Origin: a virus
Reading direction: 5' to 3' (one strand)
DNA: 64,000 nt
Virus record (IMG/VR): IMGVR_UViG_3300029374_000001
Location: 196,161 to 260,160 of that record
This document shows, piece by piece, positions 8,098 through 17,629 of this stretch (the stretch's first letter is position 1; every line of letters starts with the position of its first letter). The position numbers and the translations under genes are program-made. The notes under the pieces were generated by a model. It searched no databases and was not told the origin of the DNA. It was given only the letters and a program-made list of their open reading frames with translations.

Positions 8098-9006
8098 TTA
8101 TCCGACGTAAGTCTTGGTTTCTCCATTTTCAGGAGTTGCAACTGTTACATTCTGTGTTGCAGTTGCAGGCTTCGGAACAGCTACAGCAGTATTTTCTACT
8201 ACCTGACCACCAATGGGATTGGAAGCACCAGAGAATTGCTGTGCCTGATCTGCTCTATACTGCGGCATACCGGCCGGAGCATACTGAGGAGCAGGTGCCG
8301 GCTGCTGCGGATACTGCATCGGCGGCATAGGCTGCTGCTGAGGCATCTGGTTATACATCGGAGCCTGTGGCTGCATCTGCGGTGCAGGATACTGAGGTGC
8401 CATAGGAGCCGGATACTGCTGAGGCATCATCGGCTGCTGGAATCCTGCCGGATTAGCCATATAGGGATTCATACCGTTGCCGGAGAATACCTGGCTATAC
8501 ATACCGATGGTATTAAATCCATCATATCCACCCTGCATGTTCGGCTGAGCCTGCTGTGGTGCATAAGACTTAGCATAATCAGATGCAACTTTCCACATCT
8601 GAGGAATCTGACTCAGAACATAGAATGCCGGATAAATTCTCTTACCAGCTTCCGGATCGATACCACCATAATAGAACTTAATAGATTCTACGATGTCTTT
8701 CAGATCACTTATAGTCTGACTGATATCTGTTCCAGGTTCAACTGGTTTAAAACGTTCACCACAAATAGTACATTCATACACACCGTCTCCGATATGACGA
8801 ATTGTACCACGTCCATTGTCGTGGTGAACACACTTTGTCTTTAAGTTGTCAATAGGAGACATTGCTGTAAAGAACTCCTGTTTCTGCGGCGCTTTTTGCC
8901 GCAACAGTGCAATCTCTTCTGGGTTCAAAAGCTGATTGGTAGCGGGCGGTGTTGGAGCCTGCTGCGGATAAAATCCATACCCAGTCTGACCATAAAAATT
9001 CTCCAT
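8098..9006 (-). CDS. Low-complexity protein rich in Pro, Gln and Met, with an N-terminal Cys/His zinc-ribbon-like motif; 302 aa.
   Basis: It has CVHHDNGRGTIRHIGDGVYECTICGERF, followed by a C-terminal region PQQYPAPMAPQYPAPQMQPQAPMYNQMPQQQPMPPMQYPQQPAPAPQY. The DNA in that region is locally GC-rich with CTGCTG-type repeats. Confidence 0.55.
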   Translation of the reverse strand: MENFYGQTGYGFYPQQAPTPPATNQLLNPEEIALLRQKAPQKQEFFTAMSPIDNLKTKCVHHDNGRGTIRHIGDGVYECTICGERFKPVEPGTDISQTISDLKDIVESIKFYYGGIDPEAGKRIYPAFYVLSQIPQMWKVASDYAKSYAPQQAQPNMQGGYDGFNTIGMYSQVFSGNGMNPYMANPAGFQQPMMPQQYPAPMAPQYPAPQMQPQAPMYNQMPQQQPMPPMQYPQQPAPAPQYAPAGMPQYRADQAQQFSGASNPIGGQVVENTAVAVPKPATATQNVTVATPENGETKTYVG

Positions 9007-9108
9007 GTTTGTTTCCTCCTTAAAATAATTTTTAATCTCTCCATGGAAATATTAAAAGAGGCATAGAGCCTCATAGTAATATTATATAATTATAACAGTT
9101 TTTAAAAC

Positions 9109-9606
9109 TTACTTGTACGGGTTATCTATCGGTTTACCATTTAAACCTTTATCGTACAGGTCCATGTCTGTAGCCGGACAAGTCTGGCTAACGTATTTAT
9201 CAAAGATCTTTTTCTTTAATGCATTATTTAATCCTACCTGAGTAGCATCCACTCTGGCTTTAGCACCAGAATTTTGAATAGCATCAAACGAAGATTTCAG
9301 CGCATCTTTAGACAATAAGATCTTCATCTCCTGTATTTCTCCATAATCAAATGCAGACAATACAGCAGGTACAGATACATGATCTCGACCAATCATAGCC
9401 GGTGTCATGTTGCGAAGCTGGTTGTAATGATAATAGAAGCATACTTCTTTAGCATCATCCCAAAACAGTTCACATTTACTGTCATCAATCCAGGCATCAT
9501 TATCGAGTTTCAATACCATAGTAGGTACATGTTCTACCCCATCAGATGTCTTGATCTTGATCTGTTCAAACACGTTACGAATAGCAATAACATACTGTTT
9601 ATCCAT
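9109..9606 (-). CDS. Hypothetical protein, 165 aa.
   Basis: ORF only. Confidence 0.5.
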   Translation of the reverse strand: MDKQYVIAIRNVFEQIKIKTSDGVEHVPTMVLKLDNDAWIDDSKCELFWDDAKEVCFYYHYNQLRNMTPAMIGRDHVSVPAVLSAFDYGEIQEMKILLSKDALKSSFDAIQNSGAKARVDATQVGLNNALKKKIFDKYVSQTCPATDMDLYDKGLNGKPIDNPYK

Positions 9607-9688
9607 AGAATCTCACCTCTAATCACAAATAACAAACAAATACCCAACTAGAATGCAAATTCTAATTACATATTTGTTGTATTTGTAA

Positions 9689-10159
9689 TTAAATTGTATT
9701 CTTGTATGAGTACTTCAACGCGTTGGGTAATACTGTAATGTTATTGAGATCACCAGTTTTATTTAATGCGTAAATGCGCTCATAAATGATTCTATATGCA
9801 TGATAACTTTCATTGGCTTCTGCTCTAACCCTAAGTGAATTCTCATCGCCAGGATAAGTGGTACAATAAAGATTTAAAGCAGATAAGATAGTAGACTTTC
9901 TTACATATTCTTCATCTACAACTTCAATTAGCCAGAAATTGAATTGTGGTGTAAAATATCGTCCATACTTATTGATATTTACATTCCCATAGGCAATATC
10001 TTTAATTAACCTATGCATATCTCTTTTTAATCTGGCAATAGCCGCTGGCTCTGTGATATACTGTAAGAAGTTTTCGCCATACCTCTGAATATATCCTTCG
10101 AAGAACTTAGATGCTTTCTGTTGTTTCTTAGGTCTTTTGAATGATTTGGAATTATACAT
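9689..10159 (-). CDS. Hypothetical protein, 156 aa.
   Basis: ORF only. Confidence 0.5.
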   Translation of the reverse strand: MYNSKSFKRPKKQQKASKFFEGYIQRYGENFLQYITEPAAIARLKRDMHRLIKDIAYGNVNINKYGRYFTPQFNFWLIEVVDEEYVRKSTILSALNLYCTTYPGDENSLRVRAEANESYHAYRIIYERIYALNKTGDLNNITVLPNALKYSYKNTI

Positions 10160-10165
10160 TGAATA

Positions 10166-10675
10166 TCATTCTCCTTTCTTAATCATATATGTATATATAG
10201 CTTTGACTAACGATGCTGCTTGTTCATTGTATTTGGGCAATAAATATGGATCATTCTGAAATTGATCGAAATTCTTTACCCAATATTTAATCAAACGTAA
10301 TTCGAATTGAACTCGGTCTTTTGGTGGATCAAATATGGCTGTCAAATACATAAATTGCCATATTGGAGATCCCTCTTGACTTACTCGTATACATCTAGAT
10401 ACACTTTCTTCGAAAACTTTATCATTGTCTTTAGGTTTCCATTCTATTTTTCCATGATCTTTATCATAGTCTGTTAATCGATATACATGATTTTTAATTT
10501 CAATAGTAATCAAATACGCATAGATCGCATATATTCTTTTACCTTTGTTTTGTTTCGTTTTAACCTTAGGAGTATTGATCATCAATTCTTCTAAGGTTCC
10601 TGTATCTTCTGTGGAAAATGAATCTATCATAGAATCATATACAGCTCGTAGAAGAACTTGAGGTTGACTACTCAT
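10166..10675 (-). CDS. Hypothetical protein, 169 aa.
   Basis: ORF only. Confidence 0.5.
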   Translation of the reverse strand: MSSQPQVLLRAVYDSMIDSFSTEDTGTLEELMINTPKVKTKQNKGKRIYAIYAYLITIEIKNHVYRLTDYDKDHGKIEWKPKDNDKVFEESVSRCIRVSQEGSPIWQFMYLTAIFDPPKDRVQFELRLIKYWVKNFDQFQNDPYLLPKYNEQAASLVKAIYTYMIKKGE

Positions 10676-10686
10676 CGTTATTCTCC

Positions 10687-11139
10687 TTAAATATTATGAG
10701 CCATATCTTTATCGTAGAATGTATCTAAATCGTCATCCGTATATAAATGATGCTTTTCACAATACTCATTATATGCAGGATCTTCAGATATTAGATCAAT
10801 CAGATCTTCATAGTTTCCTACATTAGGAAGTACAAAGTCTTCTGGCTTGGTTTCAAATACATACCTCATGAAGGAATAGAAACTAATTCCATTCTGAGGC
10901 GTAACTTTTTCGCTAATAATGGTCGACTTAAACCAATCAATCGTACCATATTCTTCATAGAATACATAGATTCTATCTAATGCAGCTGCTCGTCCATCAA
11001 CAATATCAAAGATTTGAATAGGTTCCCCCTTAGTCTCTTCTGTATAAACAAGCAGCAAATAACGTAATTCTTTTTCTTCTTGTTCCTGGTCTTCAACTGT
11101 CATTGCATTAACCAGGTTCTTTCTAAATATCATACTCAT
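10687..11139 (-). CDS. Hypothetical protein, about 150 aa, starting MSMIFRKNL.
   Basis: The internal Met at 11139 has the SD AAAGGAGGA eight nt upstream. The track ORF start at 11235 would read through the terminator hairpin at 11170..11195, so the internal start is preferred. Confidence 0.45.
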   Translation of the reverse strand: MSMIFRKNLVNAMTVEDQEQEEKELRYLLLVYTEETKGEPIQIFDIVDGRAAALDRIYVFYEEYGTIDWFKSTIISEKVTPQNGISFYSFMRYVFETKPEDFVLPNVGNYEDLIDLISEDPAYNEYCEKHHLYTDDDLDTFYDKDMAHNI

Positions 11140-11169
11140 AAAAAATATCCTCCTTTTGAAATAAAAATA

Positions 11170-11195
11170 TTCATGAGGTAACAATACCTCATGAA
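11170..11195. terminator. Hairpin ttcatgaggtaACAAtacctcatgaa.
   Basis: It has 11-bp arms and lies downstream of the helicase gene stop (11229). Confidence 0.5.
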
Positions 11196-11228
11196 TATAA
11201 TATATCATTTCAACTAAATTTATAGAAA

Positions 11229-12428
11229 TTACCAATACTGTTTTCTGCTTCTAAGTACAAATGTACAATGTTTAGCAAATCGAGTGATACCTGTATAGTC
11301 TAAATGTTTCATAATATCGCCTCCCAGCCATTCTGAGATGTATATTCCATCATTATACTGGGAACCCTGTGATAAATGCGTTGTGATACAATAGGCAAGC
11401 TCAAACCGCTCTCCTCTCGTATATTTAGAGTTGCGTAAAACGTCTTTTTTCTCTTTGGATGCATTGAAGTATTCAAAAGAACATTTTAGATCTATAAAGG
11501 TTCTATTAAAAGCAAATGGTTTAAAATTAATTTTAAACCATGACCGATCTTTGGATATAGAAGCTACTGTAGGATAATTAACCACTGTACCGGTTAATCC
11601 ATTTGCTAAACTGATTCCGTCTAAATCATATCTCCAATTGTTTTTTCTACATATGACTTTCTCTCCATGTTCTGGAATTTTTCGTTTAGGATCTATTCCT
11701 CTTAATTGTCTCATTTTTGTATTGTATTTATCTCTGGTAACATTCTTACCACAGAGTATCATATCTGCATTCATCAGCATATCGTCTGTTAAGTCTTCTT
11801 GCTCTATGATATCTACGTTATCATATGTACCAGGATATAATTCTTCTCCATTTAGAATCTTATGAGCAATCTGCACAATACCAGAATCTTTATCTTGTCT
11901 CATAATCTGAGTCAATTTAAAGATATCCTTTTCTATTAAGAATGCAGGATTATCTCCAACTGGTGGTAGTTGGTTAAGATCTCCACAACAAAGAATCTTT
12001 ACACCTTTATCCAATAGCTTTTGTTTTAAGCTCATAGGAACAAAGCTGGCTTCGTCGATACAGATTAACTTTACATCTGGTGGTAATTGTTTATCTACAA
12101 AGATAAGTTTTGTTTTATATCTATTCAGATAAGCGTCATATTGTTCAGTGTCTCTAACAAATACAGGCTTAAATATCCATGAATGAATGGTTCTTGAATT
12201 GGTTAATCCCTTAGAACGCAATACCAAAGCAGCCGTACCAGTGTAGCACATAGGAGCTACTTCCCATTCATGCAATCCCAGTCGTCTGATTACTTCTGAC
12301 ATAACAACGGTTTTACCGCAACCCGCTTCTCCGGTATAGCTGGAGATGGGTTCTTTAGAATTCCAGAACCAATCAATAATACGATTGACCAGTTCTTCTT
12401 GTTGCTCGGTTAAGACGACATCATTCAT
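11229..12428 (-). CDS. SF1B DNA helicase, Dda/RecD-like, about 399 aa.
   Basis: It has the Walker A motif GEAGCGKT, the Walker B motif ICIDEASFV and the motif CCGDLNQLPPVG, which matches helicase motif III (GDxxQLPPV). The probable start MNDVV is at 12428, overlapping the upstream gene's stop by 8 nt. Confidence 0.8.
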   Translation of the reverse strand: MNDVVLTEQQEELVNRIIDWFWNSKEPISSYTGEAGCGKTVVMSEVIRRLGLHEWEVAPMCYTGTAALVLRSKGLTNSRTIHSWIFKPVFVRDTEQYDAYLNRYKTKLIFVDKQLPPDVKLICIDEASFVPMSLKQKLLDKGVKILCCGDLNQLPPVGDNPAFLIEKDIFKLTQIMRQDKDSGIVQIAHKILNGEELYPGTYDNVDIIEQEDLTDDMLMNADMILCGKNVTRDKYNTKMRQLRGIDPKRKIPEHGEKVICRKNNWRYDLDGISLANGLTGTVVNYPTVASISKDRSWFKINFKPFAFNRTFIDLKCSFEYFNASKEKKDVLRNSKYTRGERFELAYCITTHLSQGSQYNDGIYISEWLGGDIMKHLDYTGITRFAKHCTFVLRSRKQYW

Positions 12429-13017
12429 CTTCTTTCTTCTTTCTGGGAACTTTAGGTCTCTTACTGAAATCAAACTTATCATAAGATTCCATATCCATTC
12501 GTCTTAGTTGATCATATTCAATAATCAAACCGTCATCCAACATCAGAATCAAATCCATATATTTCAGACAGTCTCTATTATAAATATGACCATCTAATTC
12601 TGGCTTATTGAAATAAGCAATGAATGCATATCCCGGATCATTCATCTTTCTATTGCTAATGCCCATAGATAAGACTTCATTATTCGTATCTATTCCTAAT
12701 TGGTGAACCATAAACCATCCTAAGCATTGCTGCATAAGAGCCATATTATTATATGGGTCAAACAACTTAGTATCTTCTGCACGTGTTTCTGCTAAATCAC
12801 AATATGGCTTCTTAAATGGCACATATTTAAATCCATCGAATACAAAAGCCAATGGTTTCTGAGATTGGTAGTCTATAATATCTGGACAATATAAATATCC
12901 CGTTTGTTCGTCGATCTCTAGCCCTATTCGTTGGAATACAAAGTTAGAGAATTTCATTGCATTTTCTAATTTCACTTTTTCATAATACTCTTTGTTTAGT
13001 TCGTCGCGTACTGACAT
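12421..13017 (-). CDS. Hypothetical protein, 198 aa.
   Basis: It is an ORF translationally coupled to the helicase gene. Confidence 0.5.
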   Translation of the reverse strand: MSVRDELNKEYYEKVKLENAMKFSNFVFQRIGLEIDEQTGYLYCPDIIDYQSQKPLAFVFDGFKYVPFKKPYCDLAETRAEDTKLFDPYNNMALMQQCLGWFMVHQLGIDTNNEVLSMGISNRKMNDPGYAFIAYFNKPELDGHIYNRDCLKYMDLILMLDDGLIIEYDQLRRMDMESYDKFDFSKRPKVPRKKKEDE

Positions 13018-13105
13018 ACTAATCTCTCCTTAGTTTAACAATACTATAATTGAACTTACTATAGATATAATATATATTTTCTTAACGATTTGGGGGTAAA
13101 TACAT

Positions 13106-13453
13106 ATGGACGACTCCAGTGGAGTATCTACAACTGCCATAGCCATATTGTTGGATACTTGTAATAAATATGAATGTGGTAAATTCCCATTCAGACTTAG
13201 TTCATTGGTTGGACTGAAAGATAATACAACGACAATTGCTCATGCCAGCTTATCTAAGAAAAATTTATTGAATAAAAATAAAGGCAGCATACCGATTGGA
13301 AATGTAAATACGGCATCAACCATTATGCTGGAAATACCTACAGACGTAGCCAGAAAATATCCGGTCAAATTTATTCCCCCTGGAACAAGATTTATCGTTA
13401 CATTTAATAGTGGTGATATTACTAAACCAGTTATTGTAGGAGGTGAATTCTAA
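13106..13453 (+). CDS. Hypothetical protein, 115 aa.
   Basis: It is a plus-strand ORF inside a minus-strand block, and its stop overlaps the next gene's start. Confidence 0.45.
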   Translation: MDDSSGVSTTAIAILLDTCNKYECGKFPFRLSSLVGLKDNTTTIAHASLSKKNLLNKNKGSIPIGNVNTASTIMLEIPTDVARKYPVKFIPPGTRFIVTFNSGDITKPVIVGGEF

Positions 13454-13920
13454 TGCCATTGGTCCCAAGTGCTTCTGGAGTAATTACAGATGGGCAATCT
13501 AATCCTATCTACTCTCATACATTGGATGAATTTATTATGGCTGGTAAGAACGCTAACAATAGAATTCCATCCTTTGATAAACTCAGCTATCAGATGACAC
13601 AAGCCAATATCAAGTACATCGTAAAGAATGTGCTCGATGATTACTTAGTAGAATTGAAACGACTGTGTATCTATATCAAATTATCAAAAGAAGAGCTCAA
13701 AAAGTATAATTACAATCCCAAACGTCTTTGTGCAGATATATATGGGAATACAGAAATGTATTATTTGATTTTATTATTGAACGGTATATGCGATGTCAAA
13801 GAATTTCATGATATGAACCCGATTCGAATGCTGCCTATTGGGGTACTAAATGATGCATTGTCTGCCATTCAGATTAATGAATTGCCCAGTATTAACAGAT
13901 ATAATTCTATTCACACATAA
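13453..13920 (+). CDS. Hypothetical protein, 155 aa.
   Basis: It has the SD GGAGGTGAATTCTAATG and is followed by the bidirectional terminator at 13936..13959. Confidence 0.5.
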   Translation: MPLVPSASGVITDGQSNPIYSHTLDEFIMAGKNANNRIPSFDKLSYQMTQANIKYIVKNVLDDYLVELKRLCIYIKLSKEELKKYNYNPKRLCADIYGNTEMYYLILLLNGICDVKEFHDMNPIRMLPIGVLNDALSAIQINELPSINRYNSIHT

Positions 13921-13935
13921 AAAATAAAAAAGAAT

Positions 13936-13959
13936 ACGTGAGTCGATATCGACTCACGT
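13936..13959. terminator. Perfect palindrome acgtgagtcgATATcgactcacgt, a bidirectional terminator between convergent genes.
   Basis: It has 10-bp arms and lies between a plus-strand gene ending at 13920 and a minus-strand gene ending at 13954. Confidence 0.55.
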
Positions 13960-15756
13960 AGTACTTATTGTGACATATTTGCTTAGGTCATCTAATTGTA
14001 ATACTACACCATAAGATGATAAGAACTTTCTTAGATTTTCTACTCGAACTTCTTCTGGAGTAGATTCTTCATCGAATAGTGTAACCGCATCTACCAATTT
14101 ACCAGCACTCTTTAATCCAGTTGCATAATTACCACCACTGAATCCAATATCTGCTAAAGACTTCTCTTTGATCTTCTGTGTTGCTTCATCTTTAGAGATA
14201 TAGGTAACTGCTGAATTAGTAAACGTTGATGTATGTGGATTAGAAGTCAATGACCGAACTCCTAATGTAGGTTTATTATAATCTTCTTGTAATTTGATCG
14301 GGCATTCTATTGAATAAGGTTGATAGAATGTATTGAATGTCGTATTTCCACCATATCTTCTCTTAACTGCTTTGAACCCCAAATATTTAATTTTCTTCTC
14401 TTGATCCATCCAGAATGGTACTAAGAATATTGAATAATCTAAGTTTTCATTAATCAGTCCAGACTCACCAATATAATAACTGTCAATGCTGGACATAACC
14501 TTATCATATTCTCCCGTATCTCTCTTAGGAATAATATCCTTAGACCCTTCTCTATTCAATTGTGATGCAGTAATGAATGAGAGTTGATAATCAATTGCAA
14601 TTGCTCTAAATTCATTACTGATAACCCCTAATTTTAATCTTTCGTCATCTTCTCTAATTGAGGGCATAATACGTTTCATATAGTCTTGAATGACTGCAAT
14701 TGTTTCATATCCCTCATCGGCAAATTGATCGATCTTATCTCTGATATACTGTGTAGTAACAGAATATACAGACTTATATATATATACAAACTTAATTCCA
14801 TCTGGATCATTGAAAATGGAATTGTTCCACATATCTAAGATCTGTTCTGCTGTATATCGTTGATCTCTAATATCAATATTATACCCAGCCATATTTAACA
14901 ACAATTGCATATCTTCTTGCAATCTGTTTTCCATACTGAAGTATAACAATAAAGGTTTCTTAGTTTTATCTCTACAGATATAACCTTTATTATGCTTTAA
15001 GATATTGATAGCGATTTCTTTAAGAGTTGTCGATTTACCTTCCCCAGGTAATGCGAAGAAACAATATTCTCGAGATTGTTCAAAGCCTCCTCTCAATAAT
15101 TCATTCAGCATAGTAATGCCCGTTTTTAATACATGAGAGGGTTCTCGGATTTCTTTGATACATTCTAATAGCTTAATATTTCGAACTTCATCATTCAATC
15201 CGATTTCGTTTTCTTCTTCGACTACTTTATGCTGAATTAAAGCCTTATGCGTTTCTGAGATTTCATCTCTTAATGCGTCAATATTTTGATCCATATTTTG
15301 TGTATTGGAAATCATAATATTGATGGCTAAGTCTTTCATTTTCTCAGCATGGTCGAATATATATAAATTATCCGCATACTTAGGGATAACTGTACTTTCA
15401 ATATAATTAACGTCGTTGCTATTCAATTCTCTGAAAGAATTGAAATCAATATCGGGATACTTATTTCCAGAAGCTCCCAATACTTCTTCTAAAACTAATT
15501 GTTTATTATTGATTCTGTGGTTAATCTTAGTATTAACGATATCTCTGCAAAGCAATAATCTTTCTTTGCTTGCAGGATCCGATTCATATTCTGTTTCATC
15601 TATATTCTCTACAATATTTCGTAGAGCAACTAAAGCGGATGGTCTAATATGTTCATTTTCACTCAACGCATAAGTACAAAACCCATCTAACGTTGATAAG
15701 GATAATTTCAGAACTGTTTTACCATCCTTTTTGAATAGTTTCTTTTTCTCCTTCAA
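13954..15756 (-). CDS. DnaB-family replicative DNA helicase, 600 aa.
   Basis: It has the H1 motif FFALPGEGKST, the H1a motif LYFSMEN, H2 (VIQDYMKRI), H3 (ITASQLNREG) and H4 (IGESGLINENLDYSIFL), in the order found in DnaB and T7 gp4. Confidence 0.8.
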   Translation of the reverse strand: MKEKKKLFKKDGKTVLKLSLSTLDGFCTYALSENEHIRPSALVALRNIVENIDETEYESDPASKERLLLCRDIVNTKINHRINNKQLVLEEVLGASGNKYPDIDFNSFRELNSNDVNYIESTVIPKYADNLYIFDHAEKMKDLAINIMISNTQNMDQNIDALRDEISETHKALIQHKVVEEENEIGLNDEVRNIKLLECIKEIREPSHVLKTGITMLNELLRGGFEQSREYCFFALPGEGKSTTLKEIAINILKHNKGYICRDKTKKPLLLYFSMENRLQEDMQLLLNMAGYNIDIRDQRYTAEQILDMWNNSIFNDPDGIKFVYIYKSVYSVTTQYIRDKIDQFADEGYETIAVIQDYMKRIMPSIREDDERLKLGVISNEFRAIAIDYQLSFITASQLNREGSKDIIPKRDTGEYDKVMSSIDSYYIGESGLINENLDYSIFLVPFWMDQEKKIKYLGFKAVKRRYGGNTTFNTFYQPYSIECPIKLQEDYNKPTLGVRSLTSNPHTSTFTNSAVTYISKDEATQKIKEKSLADIGFSGGNYATGLKSAGKLVDAVTLFDEESTPEEVRVENLRKFLSSYGVVLQLDDLSKYVTISTT

Positions 15757-15795
15757 AGATAATCATCCTCTCCCAAATGTTAATTTGGTGTTGTA

Positions 15796-16926
15796 CTATA
15801 AATCATTTAGAATATCTACCAAATCTTTAGGAGTAATAAAGACTGTATTCATACATTGATTAATATACCGAGTGAGTTTTACTTCAGGAGATATATTTGG
15901 ATCAAAGATGTAATTATATTCTTCATACTTCTCTTTGGCTTCTTCCATGGATTTGACTACAGTTTCATCTTTCGCTTTATTTAGAATGGATACATTCTTA
16001 TTATTGCGATAGAATGTCTGTAGCGCATTGATAGTATCTGGATTGTTTTGAGTGATTTCTAAACGAATGAATTTAATTTGTTCATTTCGTACTCTATCCT
16101 CAATATAATCGATAATCTTCTTAGGATCTTTATGAATCATATCATCTAAATTCATAGTGATATATTTATCAGATATAATAGGCTCAAAGTCTAATGCATA
16201 TCGATGAGTCGTTATATCTTGTAACAGAATATAAAATCCTTTTTCACCCTCATCTCCAAATGTCCACCGATAAGGTGAACCACAATAATAGAAATGAGAA
16301 TCAAAACAAGCTGCTTGATGTACATGACCTGATATAATAGGACCCAAACAATATTGGAAATCTTCCATACAAAATACTGGTTCTCTTTGAGAATCTAAAT
16401 CTGGAGAATTCTTTCCAAAGATAGCTCCTACATAAGTTCCATGCATATAACAAGCATCATATAATCCAGAATTCCTTAAGAATCCATTATAGAATTCTTT
16501 TCCTTTACCATATAATTCTGGAATACATAGAATCTTCTTTCCTTTGACATATTCAAACTTCACATTTTCTATGATACGAATATCGGTATTAGATGATCTT
16601 TCTGCTAAAGGATAAAACAGTTTGATCTGATCCGCATCATGAGAATATGTCCCAGCAATAATCATCAGAGTAGCATGTTTCTCTTCACATACTCTGATTA
16701 AGTCAGTAATAAAATAACAAGCTACAGATACAGCATCCGAGTTTGCCATAAATTTATGATGAAATATATCTCCGTTGACAGAAACTATATCCAGAATAGG
16801 CATAGCTTCTAGTTTAGATATATACTGCTCTTTTAAAATTTTGTATTGATATTTTGGATCTAATGCTCCAAAATGTAGATCGGCTATATGAGCCTCAATA
16901 AACATTCCATTTGGATTTAAACTCAT
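15796..16926 (-). CDS. Calcineurin-like phosphoesterase, an SbcD/Mre11-family nuclease, 376 aa.
   Basis: It has the motifs IADLHFG, NGDIFH, IIAGTYSHD and ISGHVHQ. Confidence 0.8.
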   Translation of the reverse strand: MSLNPNGMFIEAHIADLHFGALDPKYQYKILKEQYISKLEAMPILDIVSVNGDIFHHKFMANSDAVSVACYFITDLIRVCEEKHATLMIIAGTYSHDADQIKLFYPLAERSSNTDIRIIENVKFEYVKGKKILCIPELYGKGKEFYNGFLRNSGLYDACYMHGTYVGAIFGKNSPDLDSQREPVFCMEDFQYCLGPIISGHVHQAACFDSHFYYCGSPYRWTFGDEGEKGFYILLQDITTHRYALDFEPIISDKYITMNLDDMIHKDPKKIIDYIEDRVRNEQIKFIRLEITQNNPDTINALQTFYRNNKNVSILNKAKDETVVKSMEEAKEKYEEYNYIFDPNISPEVKLTRYINQCMNTVFITPKDLVDILNDL

Positions 16927-17025
16927 AGTTTTCCTCCCTAGATTTGGTTATGTTTTTGTTTATTAATGATTGTATTTCTAATATATAATATATCCTTGTA
17001 AATCTTTTAACTTAGTAAATAATAT

Positions 17026-17049
17026 CCACTGGAGATTACTCTCCAGTGG
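17026..17049. terminator. Hairpin ccactggagATTACTctccagtgg that overlaps the last codons of the 17036..17629 gene.
   Basis: It has a 9-bp stem. Confidence 0.4.
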
Positions 17050-17629
17050 AATTCTTATTGGGTTTCTTAAACATCACTTGGTCAATTATTTCTGTATATA
17101 CATACCACACATGATCTATGATTTCCTCTTTAAGCAATTCGATAATATCTTTTTTATACTTCATCAAAACAGATGGAGTATCTACTCGCATATACGTATC
17201 GGTACCCTCTCCAAATGAGCATACCAAATTGGTTAAGCAAGGAGATGTATTGATATTCAAATCGATACGAATACACATATGATTATCTCTGGAGCTCAAT
17301 TGACATATGATGACAGTATTGTTATCTACCAAAGCATCTTTTTTAATAGTATAAATAAACTGGTTGGGTCTATTAGGATCATCATAAAACTTAGATATAC
17401 CGGTTAATTGATTGACCGGTATCCGATGTGCATTATCCATAAACATAATGAATTCGTAGATAAGCTCTTCTATAGAATCTATATGGAATATAATATCTAA
17501 TAATTTCTGTCTCATTAACCAATAGAGGATTGGTCTAAGTATATAATAAAAAGGTTTGCTCCATATATGTGTGATCATATAGTTTAGAGGGTATGTACAT
17601 TTAACATATAAATCCATAAATGCCGTCAT
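17036..17629 (-). CDS. Hypothetical protein, 197 aa.
   Basis: It is an ORF with a 4-nt overlap with the upstream gene. Confidence 0.5.
   Translation of the reverse strand: MTAFMDLYVKCTYPLNYMITHIWSKPFYYILRPILYWLMRQKLLDIIFHIDSIEELIYEFIMFMDNAHRIPVNQLTGISKFYDDPNRPNQFIYTIKKDALVDNNTVIICQLSSRDNHMCIRIDLNINTSPCLTNLVCSFGEGTDTYMRVDTPSVLMKYKKDIIELLKEEIIDHVWYVYTEIIDQVMFKKPNKNSTGE

Noticed and set aside
8236-8844. 202-aa plus-strand ORF rich in LLRHRR, lying opposite the Pro/Gln-rich gene.
   Set aside because: It is the antisense of a GC-rich repeat tract. The product is an Arg/Leu/His low-complexity artefact with no RBS.
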